The notes: generated by a model from the letters alone, not told the origin. Shown: positions 1 to 11,130, counted from the first letter of the stretch. The stretch: DNA of 57,819 nucleotides from Acetobacteraceae bacterium (GCA_025360065.1 JANYCX010000135.1:1-57819); one strand, 5' to 3'. Translations and numbers: made by a program.

Positions 1-1008
1 ATCGCCTTGCAGGATGCAGGACGGGTATTTCCAGGTGATCGCCGACCCGGTTTCGACCTGGGTCCAGGATATTTTACTGCGCGCGCCGCGACAGGCACCG
101 CGCTTGGTGACGAAGTTGTAAATGCCGCCCTTGCCGTCCGCGTCGCCCGGATACCAGTTTTGCACGGTGGAATATTTGATCTGCGCATCATCGAACACAA
201 TCAGTTCGACCACTGCCGCATGCAGCTGGTTTTCATCGCGCTGCGGCGCGGTGCAGCCTTCCAGATACGATACGTACGCGCCTTCTTCCGCAATGATAAG
301 GGTGCGCTCGAACTGGCCGGTATTGCGCGCGTTGATGCGGAAATAGGTCGACAATTCCATCGGGCAGCGCACCCCCTTGGGGATGTAGACGAAGCTGCCA
401 TCGGTAAAGACCGCCGAATTCAGCGCGGCAAAATAATTATCCCCCGCCGGCACCACGCTGCCGAGATATTTGCGCACCAGCTCCGGGTGATCGCGCACCG
501 CTTCGCTGATCGGGCAGAAAATTACCCCTGATTTGGCAAGCGTTGACCGGAAGGTGGTGGCCACCGACACGCTGTCGAACACCGCATCGATGGCGATCGG
601 CGGGCGTTCATCTTCAGCGCCCTCAACCCCCGCGAGGATCGCGCGTTCCCGCAACGGAATACCGAGCCGTTCGTAGGTGCGCAGCAGTTCGGGATCAACC
701 TCATCAAGGCTTTTCGGGCCGGGCTTTTTCTTGGGCGCGGCGTAGTAATGCAGATCCTGATAGTCGATCGGCGGATGCTTGATCTTTGCCCAATCGGGTT
801 CTTCGGTCTTGAGCCATGCGGCGTAGGATTTCAGCCGCCAGTCGAGCAGCCAGGCCGGTTCGTCCTTACGGGCGGAAATCAGCCGGATGATGTCTTCGTT
901 GAGGCCCTTGGGGGCCATGTCCATTTCGATATCGGTGGTAAAACCCCATTTATAGCCGCCGTCAGTGACGGCTTGCACGGCATCAAGGGTTTCGGCAACT
1001 GCGGCCAT
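1..1008 (-). CDS. sufB: Fe-S cluster assembly protein SufB, N-terminal 336 codons (C-terminus runs off the left edge)
   Basis: Own reverse-strand translation from ATG at 1008: [30 protein letters not shown]...[33 protein letters not shown]...NFVTKRG. This is the conserved SufB core, open to position 1. It is missing from the ORF track because it has no stop in the window. Confidence 0.9.
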   Translation of the reverse strand, partial: MAAVAETLDAVQAVTDGGYKWGFTTDIEMDMAPKGLNEDIIRLISARKDEPAWLLDWRLKSYAAWLKTEEPDWAKIKHPPIDYQDLHYYAAPKKKPGPKSLDEVDPELLRTYERLGIPLRERAILAGVEGAEDERPPIAIDAVFDSVSVATTFRSTLAKSGVIFCPISEAVRDHPELVRKYLGSVVPAGDNYFAALNSAVFTDGSFVYIPKGVRCPMELSTYFRINARNTGQFERTLIIAEEGAYVSYLEGCTAPQRDENQLHAAVVELIVFDDAQIKYSTVQNWYPGDADGKGGIYNFVTKRGACRGARSKISWTQVETGSAITWKYPSCILQGD

Positions 1009-1020
1009 GATCGTGGTTTC

Positions 1021-1488
1021 CTATTCAGCCGGTAGAGCGGCGAAGGCAGGCACGCGGAACGCATAAGGGATCGACGCACACCGCATATCGGCCAAGGTAA
1101 TTGCGCCCAGCGAGCGCTGGATTGCGTCGTTGACCAAATCCCAGCGGCCTTTGACCGCACACAGGCTTTGCACATCGCAACTGCCGGTGCCGCCATCAAC
1201 GCACGCGGTGAGCGCGATCGGGCCATCAATGGCGGTGATCACATCGGCGACTGAAATCGCATCCAGTCCGCGCCGCAGCCGATAGCCGCCGCGCGCGCCA
1301 CGCTGGGAGGTGACCATGTCCGCCGCCGCCAATGCCTTGAGCACCTTGGCAACCGTTGGCTCCGGCACGCCGGTGATCGCGGCAATGCCGGGGGAGGTCT
1401 GCACCCGGTCATCGGTTGCGGGCTCGCTTTCGGCAAGGCGGATGAGCACCACCACCGCATAATCCGTCAGTTTCGACAGCCGGAGCAT
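1021..1488 (-). CDS. Rrf2-family transcriptional regulator, probable Fe-S/SUF regulator
   Basis: MLRLSKLTDYAVVVL...GARGGYRL winged-helix signature of the Rrf2 family. Cys-x7-Cys-x5-Cys cluster-ligand motif (ACVDGGTGSCDVQSLC). Lies 12 nt upstream of sufB on the same strand. Confidence 0.85.
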   Translation of the reverse strand: MLRLSKLTDYAVVVLIRLAESEPATDDRVQTSPGIAAITGVPEPTVAKVLKALAAADMVTSQRGARGGYRLRRGLDAISVADVITAIDGPIALTACVDGGTGSCDVQSLCAVKGRWDLVNDAIQRSLGAITLADMRCASIPYAFRVPAFAALPAE

Positions 1489-1598
1489 CGTCGCTTCGTC
1501 CTAACCGGACCCCAACAGTCCTGATTGGGCAAATGGCCCATCGGGGCGGCGGCGTCAAGGTCTTGGCAAGCGGTGGGTGGCAGGTTCAAACTCACTGC

Positions 1599-1916
1599 AT
1601 GAACACCCGCGCCAATCGCATCTCCGCCGCCTTGACCGAAGCTTTCACCCCGGCGCTGCTGGAGGTGCGTGATGACAGTCATCTTCATAAAGGCCATGCC
1701 GGCGCCCGCGCTGAGGGGGAAACCCATTACAGCGTGGTGGTTGTGGCGGCCGGTTTTGACGGCATATCCCGCGTGGATCGGTCACGCGCGGTGCATGCGG
1801 TGCTGGCCGGCGAACTCGCATCCGGGCTGCATGCGCTGGCGCTCACGCTCCGCACGCCGATTGAGCAGACGCGCTACTCGCACGGCGACCAGGCGCGTTA
1901 CATCCCGCCAGGATAA
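1599..1916 (+). CDS. BolA-family protein
   Basis: MNTRANRISAALTEAFTPALLEVRDDSHLHKGHAG...THYSVVVVAAGFDGISRVDRSRAVHAVL matches the BolA fold signature. Start placed at the internal ATG 1599 rather than the longest ORF (1533). Confidence 0.7.
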   Translation: MNTRANRISAALTEAFTPALLEVRDDSHLHKGHAGARAEGETHYSVVVVAAGFDGISRVDRSRAVHAVLAGELASGLHALALTLRTPIEQTRYSHGDQARYIPPG

Positions 1917-3529
1917 ACCGGCCCGCCGCCGCCTTCGGGGGTGACCCAGTTGATGTTCTGGGTCGGGTCCTTGATATCGCAGGTTTTGCAGTGGACGCAG
2001 TTTTGCGCGTTGATCTGCAATTTCGGGTCGCCGTCTTCCTCACCGACGATTTCATAGACGCCGGCCGGGCAGTAGCGGGTTTCCGGGCTGCGATAGGTTG
2101 TCCAGTTGATGTCGATCGCGACGCTGGGGTTTTTCAGCCGCAGATGCCCCGGCTGGTTTTCCTCGTGGTTGGTGTTGCTGATAAAGACCGATGAATTGCG
2201 ATCGAAGGTGACCAGGCCATCGGGCTTGGGATAGGCGATTTTCGGCACCGCGTCGGCTTCCATCAGGGTGGTGTGGTCGGGATGCCCGATGTGGAGCGTC
2301 CACGGCGCTCGGCCGCGGAAGACATAGGTATCGAGGGCCGCATTCACCAAGCCGCCCAACAGGCCCCATTTGGCGAAGGCGGGGCGGATGTTGCGGACTT
2401 TGGTGAGTTCCTCGCACAGCCAGCTTTCGCGGAACAGGGTTTCGTAGGCCACGGGTTCGGCCGCGCGGTCGCCGGCCAGTTGTTCGGCGATTGCCTCGGC
2501 GGCCAACATGCCGGATTTCATCGCGGTGTGGGTGCCTTTGATTTTCGGCACGTTGAGGAAGCCCGCAGTGTCGCCGATCAGGCAGCCGCCGGGGAAGGTG
2601 AGCTTGGGGATGGATTGCAGCCCGCCCTCGGAAATTGCGCGCGCACCATAAGCGATGCGGCGGCCGCCGTCGAAATGCTTGCGCATATCGGGGTGGGTCT
2701 TGAGGCGCTGCATTTCCTCGAACGGGGAAAGCCACGGGTTCTGGTAGTCGAGGCCCACAACATAGCCGTAGGACACCAGGTTCTTGCCCCAGTGATAAAG
2801 GAACGATCCGCCATAAACGCTGCTGTCAACCGGCCAGCCGATGGTGTGGATGACCAAGCCGGGCTTGTGGTTTTCGGCGGGGATTTCCCAGAGTTCCTTG
2901 ATGCCGATGCCGTAGCTTTGGGCATCGCAATCGGCGCGCAGATTGTAGCGCGCGAATAGTTGCTTGGTCAGCGACCCGTGGCAGCCCTCGGCAAAGATCG
3001 TGTAGGTGGCGCGCAATTCCATGCCGGCGGCGTAGTTCGGGCCGTGGCTGCCATCCTTGATGATGCCCATGTCGCCAGTGGCAATGCCGACGATGCGGCC
3101 GTCTTCTTCGAGCAATTCGGAGGCGGCAAAGCCGGGGTAGATTTCCACGCCCAAGGCTTCGGCCTGTTCGGCGAGCCAGCGGCAGACATTGCCGAGCGAG
3201 GATATGTAGTTGCCGTGGTTGTGCATCGTCGGCGGGGTGGGCAGCCGGATCGAGCTATGGCTGGTCAGATAAAGGAACATGTCGGTGACAGGTTCGGTGG
3301 TCAGCGGGGCGCCAAGGTCGCGCCAATCGGGCAGCAATTCATCCAGCGCCCGGGGTTCGATGATCGCGCCGGACAGGATATGCGCACCGACCTCGCTGCC
3401 TTTTTCGACCACGCAGACGGTGGCGTCGGGCGCAAGTTGTTTCATGCGGATGGCGGCAGCGAGGCCGGAGGGGCCGGCGCCGACGATCACAACGTCAAAT
3501 TCCATCTGCTCGCGGGCGTTATCGGACAT
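1898..3529 (-). CDS. Electron-transfer flavoprotein:ubiquinone oxidoreductase (ETF-QO)
   Basis: 543 aa. N-terminal FAD motif DVVIVGAGPSGLAAA. C-terminal 4Fe-4S region CPAGVYE...NCVHCKTCDIKDP...PEGGGGP, typical of ETF-QO. Confidence 0.9.
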   Translation of the reverse strand: MSDNAREQMEFDVVIVGAGPSGLAAAIRMKQLAPDATVCVVEKGSEVGAHILSGAIIEPRALDELLPDWRDLGAPLTTEPVTDMFLYLTSHSSIRLPTPPTMHNHGNYISSLGNVCRWLAEQAEALGVEIYPGFAASELLEEDGRIVGIATGDMGIIKDGSHGPNYAAGMELRATYTIFAEGCHGSLTKQLFARYNLRADCDAQSYGIGIKELWEIPAENHKPGLVIHTIGWPVDSSVYGGSFLYHWGKNLVSYGYVVGLDYQNPWLSPFEEMQRLKTHPDMRKHFDGGRRIAYGARAISEGGLQSIPKLTFPGGCLIGDTAGFLNVPKIKGTHTAMKSGMLAAEAIAEQLAGDRAAEPVAYETLFRESWLCEELTKVRNIRPAFAKWGLLGGLVNAALDTYVFRGRAPWTLHIGHPDHTTLMEADAVPKIAYPKPDGLVTFDRNSSVFISNTNHEENQPGHLRLKNPSVAIDINWTTYRSPETRYCPAGVYEIVGEEDGDPKLQINAQNCVHCKTCDIKDPTQNINWVTPEGGGGPVYPGGM

Positions 3530-3624
3530 GATCGCTCCTGGTGGTGCCGCGTTGGCGCGGGATTGTGCAATCTATGGGAGGTTTGTCGGTTGCGCAAAAG
3601 CAAAACCCGGCAGACAAAGATGGC

Positions 3625-4404
3625 ATGGATGCGCTGACAGCATTGCGGCTACAAATTGAGTGGGGCGCGGATGAAGCGCTGGCCGATTTGCCAATTGACC
3701 GGCTTGCCGGCCCGACGCCGGTTGCGCGGCCGCTGGCGCTTGAGGTCGCGCGTCCGATGGCAGCGCCCGCCCCAAAACGGGCCTTGCCGGCGCCGGCATT
3801 GCGGGCCAGGGACATTGCCGAGGCCGCCAATACGATTGAGGAGTTGCGCGCCGCGCTGGCCGGGTTCGATGGCTGCGCGCTGAAGGACACCGCGACCAAC
3901 CTGGTTTTTGCCGATGGCAATCCGGCATCCGGGCTGATGCTGGTGGGCGAAGGGCCGGGCGCGGAGGAGGACCGCGCCGGGCGCCCGTTCGTTGGCGCAT
4001 CTGGGCAGTTGCTGGACCGGATGCTGGCCAGCATTGGGATCACACGGGCGGAGTGCCTGATGACCAATCTGATCCCGTGGCGCCCGCCGGGCAATCGCAA
4101 CCCGACCGATGCGGAAACCCAAGTCTGCCTGCCGTTCCTGCTGCGCCATATTGCGCTGGTCCGGCCGAAGCGGCTGGTTTTATTGGGGGCGTTGTCGAGC
4201 AAGGCGGTGCTGGGCAGCGCGCTCGGTATCATCAAAATGCGCGGAAAATGGGTGCCGGCGACCATTCCCGGGCTCGATGCACCGCTCCCCGCCCTGCCAA
4301 TGTTGCATCCCGCCTATCTGCTGCGCAGCCCCACCGTAAAGCGCGACGCGTGGGCGGATTGGCTGTTGTTGCAGCGCACAATAGCGGACGACCGGGAAAA
4401 ATAA
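3625..4404 (+). CDS. Uracil-DNA glycosylase, family 4
   Basis: Motifs GEGPGAEEDRAGRPFVGASGQLLD and HPAYLLR. Start uncertain: the longest ORF begins at 3541, and ATG 3625 was chosen. Confidence 0.8.
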   Translation: MDALTALRLQIEWGADEALADLPIDRLAGPTPVARPLALEVARPMAAPAPKRALPAPALRARDIAEAANTIEELRAALAGFDGCALKDTATNLVFADGNPASGLMLVGEGPGAEEDRAGRPFVGASGQLLDRMLASIGITRAECLMTNLIPWRPPGNRNPTDAETQVCLPFLLRHIALVRPKRLVLLGALSSKAVLGSALGIIKMRGKWVPATIPGLDAPLPALPMLHPAYLLRSPTVKRDAWADWLLLQRTIADDREK

Positions 4405-4480
4405 TTTACCAACGTCGTCCGGTAATAGGCTGAAATATAAAAATCGGTATCTTTATTAAATTTAATCTCACCGATATGGG

Positions 4481-6367
4481 TTGCGTCCCATGGCGAAGGT
4501 CTGTAGACCCCGCCGCCTCATGCGAGGGACCGGTCGAACGTTCTCCCGCCTACCCGCCGCCTGCGCGTTGATCGCGGGGCTTGCGGCCCTGGTTGGCATC
4601 TCCAGCCGGCTTCTGCACGCCGAACCCACGGCACCAGTTGCAGCAGCCCCGGACGGAGATTCCGCATTCGCACAGCCGCGCCTGGGCAGAAGCGGCCCGA
4701 ACGCAAGCCCGGTGGCATTGCCCCAGCCTTTGTCGCCGTCCGAAGCCGCGCGGTTGCGGCGGTTGTTCCAGTTGCAGGCTGGTGGCGATATTGCGGCGGC
4801 AACCCGGGAAGCGCCCGCGATCGATCAGTCCAGCCCGGTTGTGCGTGGCGTCATGGGCCATGTTGTCGCCGATCGGCTGCTCTCGCGCTTCACCCGCGCC
4901 ACCCGGGACGAATTGCAAAACTGGTTGGGCGATTGGGCGGAATTGCCGGATGCGCAGGCGGTGCACGCGCTGCTGACCATTCGCTTGCCACGCGGCGAGA
5001 AATTACCGCCGGCGCCGAGGGCGGACGCCCTGTCGTCCGAACCCGTCGGGCAGGCCATCCCGGTGCCTGAGGAAACCGAAACAGCGGATCATCGGCTGGC
5101 ACGCAATCAGGGCATGGATCGCACGATATGGGATCTGGCGCGGGCTGCCGACGGGCCTGGCCGCATCGTTGCGCGCACGGCGGGGTTGGCGCCAGGCTAC
5201 GCGGCGCAGTTGCGCGGGGAGGCAGCGCAAATCCTTTTTACCCTGAACCGGGATGCCGATGCGCTGGCGATCGGGCGCGCCGGCATGGGTATGTGTGGCC
5301 GTGCGCAGCCCTGCGAAGAAGCCGCCTTGCCAGCGTTTGCCGCCGGGCTTGCCGCCTGGCGCATGGGCCAGGAAAGCCTGGCGCGCGATTTATTTGCGGC
5401 GGCATGGCGTGCTGGGCAAACCACGGCGGCAATGCGGGCGGCAGCGGCGTTCTGGACCGCACGGGCGGCGCTGCGCTTGCGTGACCCTGGCGGATACTAT
5501 GAATGGATCGGCCGGGCGGCCGGCGAACGGCGCACTTTTTATGGCCTGATTGCCACCCGCGTCCTGGGCTTGGGGGTTGAATTCGCCAGCGATCGGGAAA
5601 CCCTGGCGGAAGCCGATTTGGACGCGGTGCTGGCGACCAAACCGGGCGCGCGCGCCTTTGCCTTGCTGCAAATTGGCCAGACAGCGCGGGCCGACGCCGA
5701 ACTGCGCTTGTTGTGGCCGACAATCCAAACCTCACCCAGCTTTGGCCGCGCGGTCATGCTGGTGGCGCAGCGCGCCGGACTTGCCGACCTCGCCGGGCAA
5801 CTGGCTGATTTCGTGCAATCCCAGGATGGCCGACCGCGCGATTTCACCCGCTTCCCGATCCCGCGTTTGCAACCCGAAGGCGGCTTCACGGTTGATCCAG
5901 CGCTGGTTTACGGCCTGGCGCGAACCGAATCGAACTTTGATAACAGCCTGGTGTCGTCGGCCGGTGCCCGCGGACTGATGCAGATCATGCCGGCAACCGC
6001 CCGCTTCGTCAGCCCCAATCAGCGCATCCATCTGCATGATCCGGCCAACAACCTTGCCGTCGGGCAGCGCTATATCGGCTACCTGGCCGGCATCGAGATT
6101 GTCAGCGGCGATCTGTTGCGGCTGCTGGCGACCTATAATTCCGGGCCGGGCGGCTTCGTCAAATGGGCGGGCGGCATTCGCGACGGTGGCGATCCGTTGC
6201 TGTTCATCGAGGCAGTGCCGATCGAGGAAACCCGAACCTTCATTCCCCGGGTGCTGGCCTATAGCTGGATTTATGCGGCCCGGCTGCGGCTGCCAGCCGC
6301 CAGTCTGGACGAACTCGCCGCCGGGGTCTGGCCGCGCTATCATCCCACACAACGCCTTTCCAACTGA
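4481..6367 (+). CDS. Soluble lytic murein transglycosylase (Slt family)
   Basis: C-terminal SLT domain ARTESNFDNSLVSSAGARGLMQIMPATA...YNSGPG. Signal-peptide-like LPAACALIAGLAALVG. Start uncertain (TTG 4481, ATG 4490 or ATG 4520). Confidence 0.8.
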   Translation: MRPMAKVCRPRRLMRGTGRTFSRLPAACALIAGLAALVGISSRLLHAEPTAPVAAAPDGDSAFAQPRLGRSGPNASPVALPQPLSPSEAARLRRLFQLQAGGDIAAATREAPAIDQSSPVVRGVMGHVVADRLLSRFTRATRDELQNWLGDWAELPDAQAVHALLTIRLPRGEKLPPAPRADALSSEPVGQAIPVPEETETADHRLARNQGMDRTIWDLARAADGPGRIVARTAGLAPGYAAQLRGEAAQILFTLNRDADALAIGRAGMGMCGRAQPCEEAALPAFAAGLAAWRMGQESLARDLFAAAWRAGQTTAAMRAAAAFWTARAALRLRDPGGYYEWIGRAAGERRTFYGLIATRVLGLGVEFASDRETLAEADLDAVLATKPGARAFALLQIGQTARADAELRLLWPTIQTSPSFGRAVMLVAQRAGLADLAGQLADFVQSQDGRPRDFTRFPIPRLQPEGGFTVDPALVYGLARTESNFDNSLVSSAGARGLMQIMPATARFVSPNQRIHLHDPANNLAVGQRYIGYLAGIEIVSGDLLRLLATYNSGPGGFVKWAGGIRDGGDPLLFIEAVPIEETRTFIPRVLAYSWIYAARLRLPAASLDELAAGVWPRYHPTQRLSN

Positions 6368-6384
6368 CCCCCGGGGGCCATTCC

Positions 6385-6930
<546 letters not shown>

Positions 6931-7003
6931 TGTCAGGCGTTCATCCTCTGACCGATCACGCCTGTAGGGTAAAGTCATTGGTAACGGCCCTTGTTAATTG
7001 CCT

Positions 7004-9670
7004 TCAGAACTGCCGCAACAGGCGTTCCAGATAATCCAACTCCGCCGGCGGCCGGCCAGGTTCGCCGCTGCGCCGGCGCAGTTCGTCCTGGATTTCGCGG
7101 GTGCGCGCCAGTTCCATTTCGTCGGGTACTTTGACGTTGCTGCTTTCGTCGCGGCCGCCCGTGCCGTCCTTGAGCGCGCGGCCGAGCGGATCGCGGCGGT
7201 CATCGGCGCGGCGGTCAAAGCCGCGACCGCGGCCATTGCGGCGGTTCTGGCCGGTGCCGGGGCCGTATTGATCGCCGTTCTGGCCGTTACCCAGCCCGTC
7301 GCCCTGGCCCTCGCCCTGGCCTTCCGCCATTCCGTTACCCTGGCCTTCGCCTTCACCGTCATCGCCATCCTGGTCGGCGGAGCCAAACTGCTGGGCCATT
7401 TGCTGGCTCATTTGCTGGCCGCCCTTTTGCAGGGCTTCGATGGCGCGGGTCTGGGCGCCGGCGGCAAAGGCGTCGCCACTTTCGGCAAGGGCTGCCATGG
7501 CGTCGCGCATCGCGGTATCAGCCTCGGACAGATTGGCCGGCACCTCGCCGGTGAGGTCGGCTTGGCGCGCCATTAATTCCCCCAGCACCCGGCGCAGTGC
7601 GAGTTGGATCTGCTGATCGGCCTGCCGCTCGGCGTGCCGGGCGGTTTGTTGCTGCGCCAACTGCTCCTGGGTCGGTGGTTGTGGGCCAAACGGGCGGGCG
7701 AATTGCGGGCGGCGGGTTTGCTGGGCCACCGCGTCGGCGCGGGCCTGGCTGCGATCGAGCAAGGCGCCCTCGCGTTTGACCACATCGGCGAGCACGCTCA
7801 TCTGCTGCTGGCCTTTTTCGCGCTGTTCGGCGCGCTGCTTTTCGCGCTCGGTCATTTTGCCGCGCTCGGGCCGGCCGTTTTTCATTTCTTCGAGCATTTT
7901 TTCCAGCTCGGCGAGCTTTTGCCGTGCGTCGTCCATCCGGCCGTCTTGCGCGGCCTCCCGCATCTGTTCGGCGAGGCGCTTCATGTCGCGGGCATCAAGC
8001 TTGTGTTCGTCGGGGTTGTATTTATTGGTTTCGGGGTCGCGGCGGGCCTGATCGGTCAGCGCCTGCAAATGGCGCTGCAAGGCGTCCTGCAATTGTTTGG
8101 TGAGCTTCTCGATGTCGCGGCGATCGACGGTATTATCCTGCTTTTCTGCCTCCAGCGCGGCTTGCAGCGCCTGATCGGCACGGTCGAGTTCGCGGGCGGT
8201 GCGCTCGGCAGCGCCGTCTTCAAGATGCAGGATCAGCGCCCAAAGCCGCGGCTGGGCGGCGTCCACCACGGTTTCACCGCGGCCACGCAGCAGGGCGGCG
8301 ATGGCGCGCAGGTTGAGGAAGCCGGCTGCGTCGTCGCGCCAGACATCATCGAGCGTCGACAGGCGGTCAAGTTCGCGCAGGGCCGGCGCGCGCTGGTTGG
8401 GATCGAGGGCCAGCATCTTGCGCACCGCCACCAGCGCGCGGGCAACCGGATGCTGGAAGGATCGCTCCGGCAGCACGAACATCATGTCGGCCGAGGTTCC
8501 GACCAGCCCGGAAACCGATTTTGCCACCAGCCCGGCATCGACGCCGAGGCCGGCCCAGGGATGCGCGGTAAGGTCCTGCAAACGCACGCCCTTGGCCGAT
8601 TTTGACGCCACGGCCGGCAGCGGCACGGCAACGATCAGCGGGGCGGCCTTGCCCGGCCGATCATGCAGGCGCAATTCGGCCTGCAGGCTGGCAACCCCGT
8701 AAGCGTGGCTGGCCTGCCAAGGCAACCGCGCCAGCGGCGGCTGGCCGCGTTGCAATCCGGGCGGTTCAGGAAATTGAACCTCGGGGGGGAGATCGGCGAT
8801 CACGGCGATATCCCAGACCGCATTGGTCTGTCCGCCGACCAGGACCTGAATGGCTCCACTGGTCCGCAGCGCGGTCTCGATCTGGTGGCTGGTGGTGTCG
8901 AGGGTTTTGAAAACACTGCTGATACCGTCTTGCGCCAGACGCACGTCGGATGCGGTTCCGGTAAGGTTCACCGTCAACATTGCGCCAGCCGGCACCTGCG
9001 CCGTGCCGCCCTCGGGTTTGAGGAAAATCGGTGCCATGCCGGTATAGTCCGGCGGGGTGATCCAGGCCTGGACCTGCAAGGCGGGCGCTGCACTGCCGAC
9101 CGGGCTTGGCGGCTGGATGGCGCGCATTAACCGCCCCGGCGCCTGTTCGCCGGCGATTGTCAGGCTGGCGATCAGGGCCACCACAAGCGCGGCGCGCAAC
9201 GCGCGTGGATCACGCGCCGCCAGACCGGGGCGCGGTGTGCCAGCGCGCAAATGCGTTAACTGGCGTGCCGCGCGGGCGACATGGGCGGTCCACAGCGCCA
9301 GTGCGCCGCCGCCGACCACTGGGCGATCGGTGATCGTCGCCAACGGCCGGTGGGCCAGGCCGCTGGCGCGTTCCAGGCGACGATCCACTGCGGTGGAATC
9401 GGGCCAGGTCAGGCGCCGCAAACCTCGGATCAGCAGGGCGGCGACGGTGAGTGCGGTTGCCGCCAGAAAAGCGCTGTGCGCGGCGGGCGGCAGGCGGCGC
9501 GGAAGATCGAGCAGCGCCAGCACCACGAACGCCCCAGCCACACCCAGGCCCGGCCAAATTGCCGGCCAAACCGCTTCAAAAGCCAAAACTGCCCGCGCGA
9601 GCACGCGCTTGCGGCGCAGGCGGTTGAGCAACGGGATGGTGGCATCCTCGGGCTGCTCGGGCAGGATCAT
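7004..9670 (-). CDS. TIGR02302/DUF4175-like membrane protein
   Basis: 888 aa. N-terminal TM helices, a long Glu/Arg/Gln/Ala coiled-coil-like region, and a G/E/Q/N/D low-complexity segment near the C-terminus. Sits immediately downstream of lysA, as I recall for this alphaproteobacterial family. Family assignment is from memory, not a search. Confidence 0.65.
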   Translation of the reverse strand: MILPEQPEDATIPLLNRLRRKRVLARAVLAFEAVWPAIWPGLGVAGAFVVLALLDLPRRLPPAAHSAFLAATALTVAALLIRGLRRLTWPDSTAVDRRLERASGLAHRPLATITDRPVVGGGALALWTAHVARAARQLTHLRAGTPRPGLAARDPRALRAALVVALIASLTIAGEQAPGRLMRAIQPPSPVGSAAPALQVQAWITPPDYTGMAPIFLKPEGGTAQVPAGAMLTVNLTGTASDVRLAQDGISSVFKTLDTTSHQIETALRTSGAIQVLVGGQTNAVWDIAVIADLPPEVQFPEPPGLQRGQPPLARLPWQASHAYGVASLQAELRLHDRPGKAAPLIVAVPLPAVASKSAKGVRLQDLTAHPWAGLGVDAGLVAKSVSGLVGTSADMMFVLPERSFQHPVARALVAVRKMLALDPNQRAPALRELDRLSTLDDVWRDDAAGFLNLRAIAALLRGRGETVVDAAQPRLWALILHLEDGAAERTARELDRADQALQAALEAEKQDNTVDRRDIEKLTKQLQDALQRHLQALTDQARRDPETNKYNPDEHKLDARDMKRLAEQMREAAQDGRMDDARQKLAELEKMLEEMKNGRPERGKMTEREKQRAEQREKGQQQMSVLADVVKREGALLDRSQARADAVAQQTRRPQFARPFGPQPPTQEQLAQQQTARHAERQADQQIQLALRRVLGELMARQADLTGEVPANLSEADTAMRDAMAALAESGDAFAAGAQTRAIEALQKGGQQMSQQMAQQFGSADQDGDDGEGEGQGNGMAEGQGEGQGDGLGNGQNGDQYGPGTGQNRRNGRGRGFDRRADDRRDPLGRALKDGTGGRDESSNVKVPDEMELARTREIQDELRRRSGEPGRPPAELDYLERLLRQF

Positions 9671-9673
9671 GGT

Positions 9674-11005
9674 CTAATTCCAGACCGTGGTGGCATCGGG
9701 CACATGTTCGTTTGCCCAGAGGTCTTTATGTGACTGGCGCGGCCGGATTTCGGTCCAGCGCCCGCCATCGACCATCGCGATCGGGGCGGCGGGGCGGGCG
9801 TTATAGGTTGACGACATCACCGCGCCGTAAGCCCCGGCATCAAGGATGGCGACCAGCGCGCCGGCTTCGACCGCGGGCAGCGCACGGGCGCGGGCGAACG
9901 TGTCGCCGGTTTCGCAAACCGGGCCGACAATGTCGCTGGTCCGCACCGATGCCAGGGCATCGACCGGGGAGACCGGGACGATGGCGTGATAGGCATCATA
10001 CATCGCCGGGCGGATCAGATCGTTCATTGCCGCATCAACCACAACGAAGCGGCCATTGGCCTTGGTCAGCACCACGCTTGCCAGCAGCAGGCCGGCGGGG
10101 CCGACCAGCCAGCGCCCCGGCTCGATCAGCAATCGCACGCCCATCTGGCCGAAAGTGGTGCGCAGCACCCCAGCGAAACCATCTGGCGAGGCGCCCGCAT
10201 CATCGCGATAGCCGATGCCGATGCCGCCGCCGCAATCGACCCGGTCCACCATGAGGCCACGTTCGCGCATGCCGCGCACCAGATCGGCGGCGCGGCGATA
10301 AGCGGCGCGATAGGGCGCGAGGGTGAGGATCTGGCTGCCGATATGCAGCGCAATGCCGACCGGCAAAATGCCGGGCAGGGTGGTGGCATGGGCATAAAGA
10401 TCGGCGGCATCGGCATAGGGAATGCCGAATTTATTGTCGGCGCGCCCGGTGGTAATCTTGGCATGGGTGCCGGCATCAACATCGGGGTTGATGCGCAGAA
10501 CCACTTGCATGGTTTTGCCCATGGCGCTGGCGATGGCCGATAATGTGGCGAGTTCGGCTGGGCTTTCGATGTTGACCTGGGCAATCCCCTCGGCCACCGC
10601 AAGCCGCAATTCGGCGGCGGTTTTGCCAACCCCGGAGAAGACGATGTCGGCCGCGGCGATGCCGGCCTGGCGGGCACGGCGCAACTCGCCCTCGCTGACC
10701 ACGTCGGCGCCAGCGCCACCTTCGGCAAAAATTTTCAGGACGGCAAGATGGTCGTTGGCTTTGACCGCGTAGTGGACATCGGCATTGAGCCCGCCCAGCG
10801 CGGTTTTCAGCGCGGCGAGGCGTGCACGCATGGTGTCGACGGAATAGACCCAGACCGGGGTGCCGAGGGCTTGGGCGATCCTGGCGAGGGGCACCCCGTC
10901 AAACATCAGCCCGGCTTGGGCGTCCATCCGCAGATGCGGACGGGCAGCGATCAGGTCCTGGACGGAAGGGTCAGGGTCATCAGGGAGGTATGCGGGTTCG
11001 GCCAT
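9674..11005 (-). CDS. lysA: Diaminopimelate decarboxylase
   Basis: PLP-fold motifs HYAVKAN, GGGIGIGY, CETGD. Start may be the internal ATG at 10927. Confidence 0.9.
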   Translation of the reverse strand: MAEPAYLPDDPDPSVQDLIAARPHLRMDAQAGLMFDGVPLARIAQALGTPVWVYSVDTMRARLAALKTALGGLNADVHYAVKANDHLAVLKIFAEGGAGADVVSEGELRRARQAGIAAADIVFSGVGKTAAELRLAVAEGIAQVNIESPAELATLSAIASAMGKTMQVVLRINPDVDAGTHAKITTGRADNKFGIPYADAADLYAHATTLPGILPVGIALHIGSQILTLAPYRAAYRRAADLVRGMRERGLMVDRVDCGGGIGIGYRDDAGASPDGFAGVLRTTFGQMGVRLLIEPGRWLVGPAGLLLASVVLTKANGRFVVVDAAMNDLIRPAMYDAYHAIVPVSPVDALASVRTSDIVGPVCETGDTFARARALPAVEAGALVAILDAGAYGAVMSSTYNARPAAPIAMVDGGRWTEIRPRQSHKDLWANEHVPDATTVWN

Positions 11006-11130
11006 GGCGGGAGCCTATGCGAAGCGGCGAGGTAGCTCAACATAAAGGTCTCGGGTGGGCCGAAAACAAGATTGGCGGGCGGTTGGGGGAAGTGCTTGAC
11101 ATCACGAATAGGTTAATATAAATACCTATA

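Noticed and set aside
1898-1916. 19-nt convergent overlap of the BolA-family ORF and ETF-QO
   Set aside because: The BolA ORF tail beyond the conserved fold may simply run on until the first stop. The overlap is short and not obviously functional.
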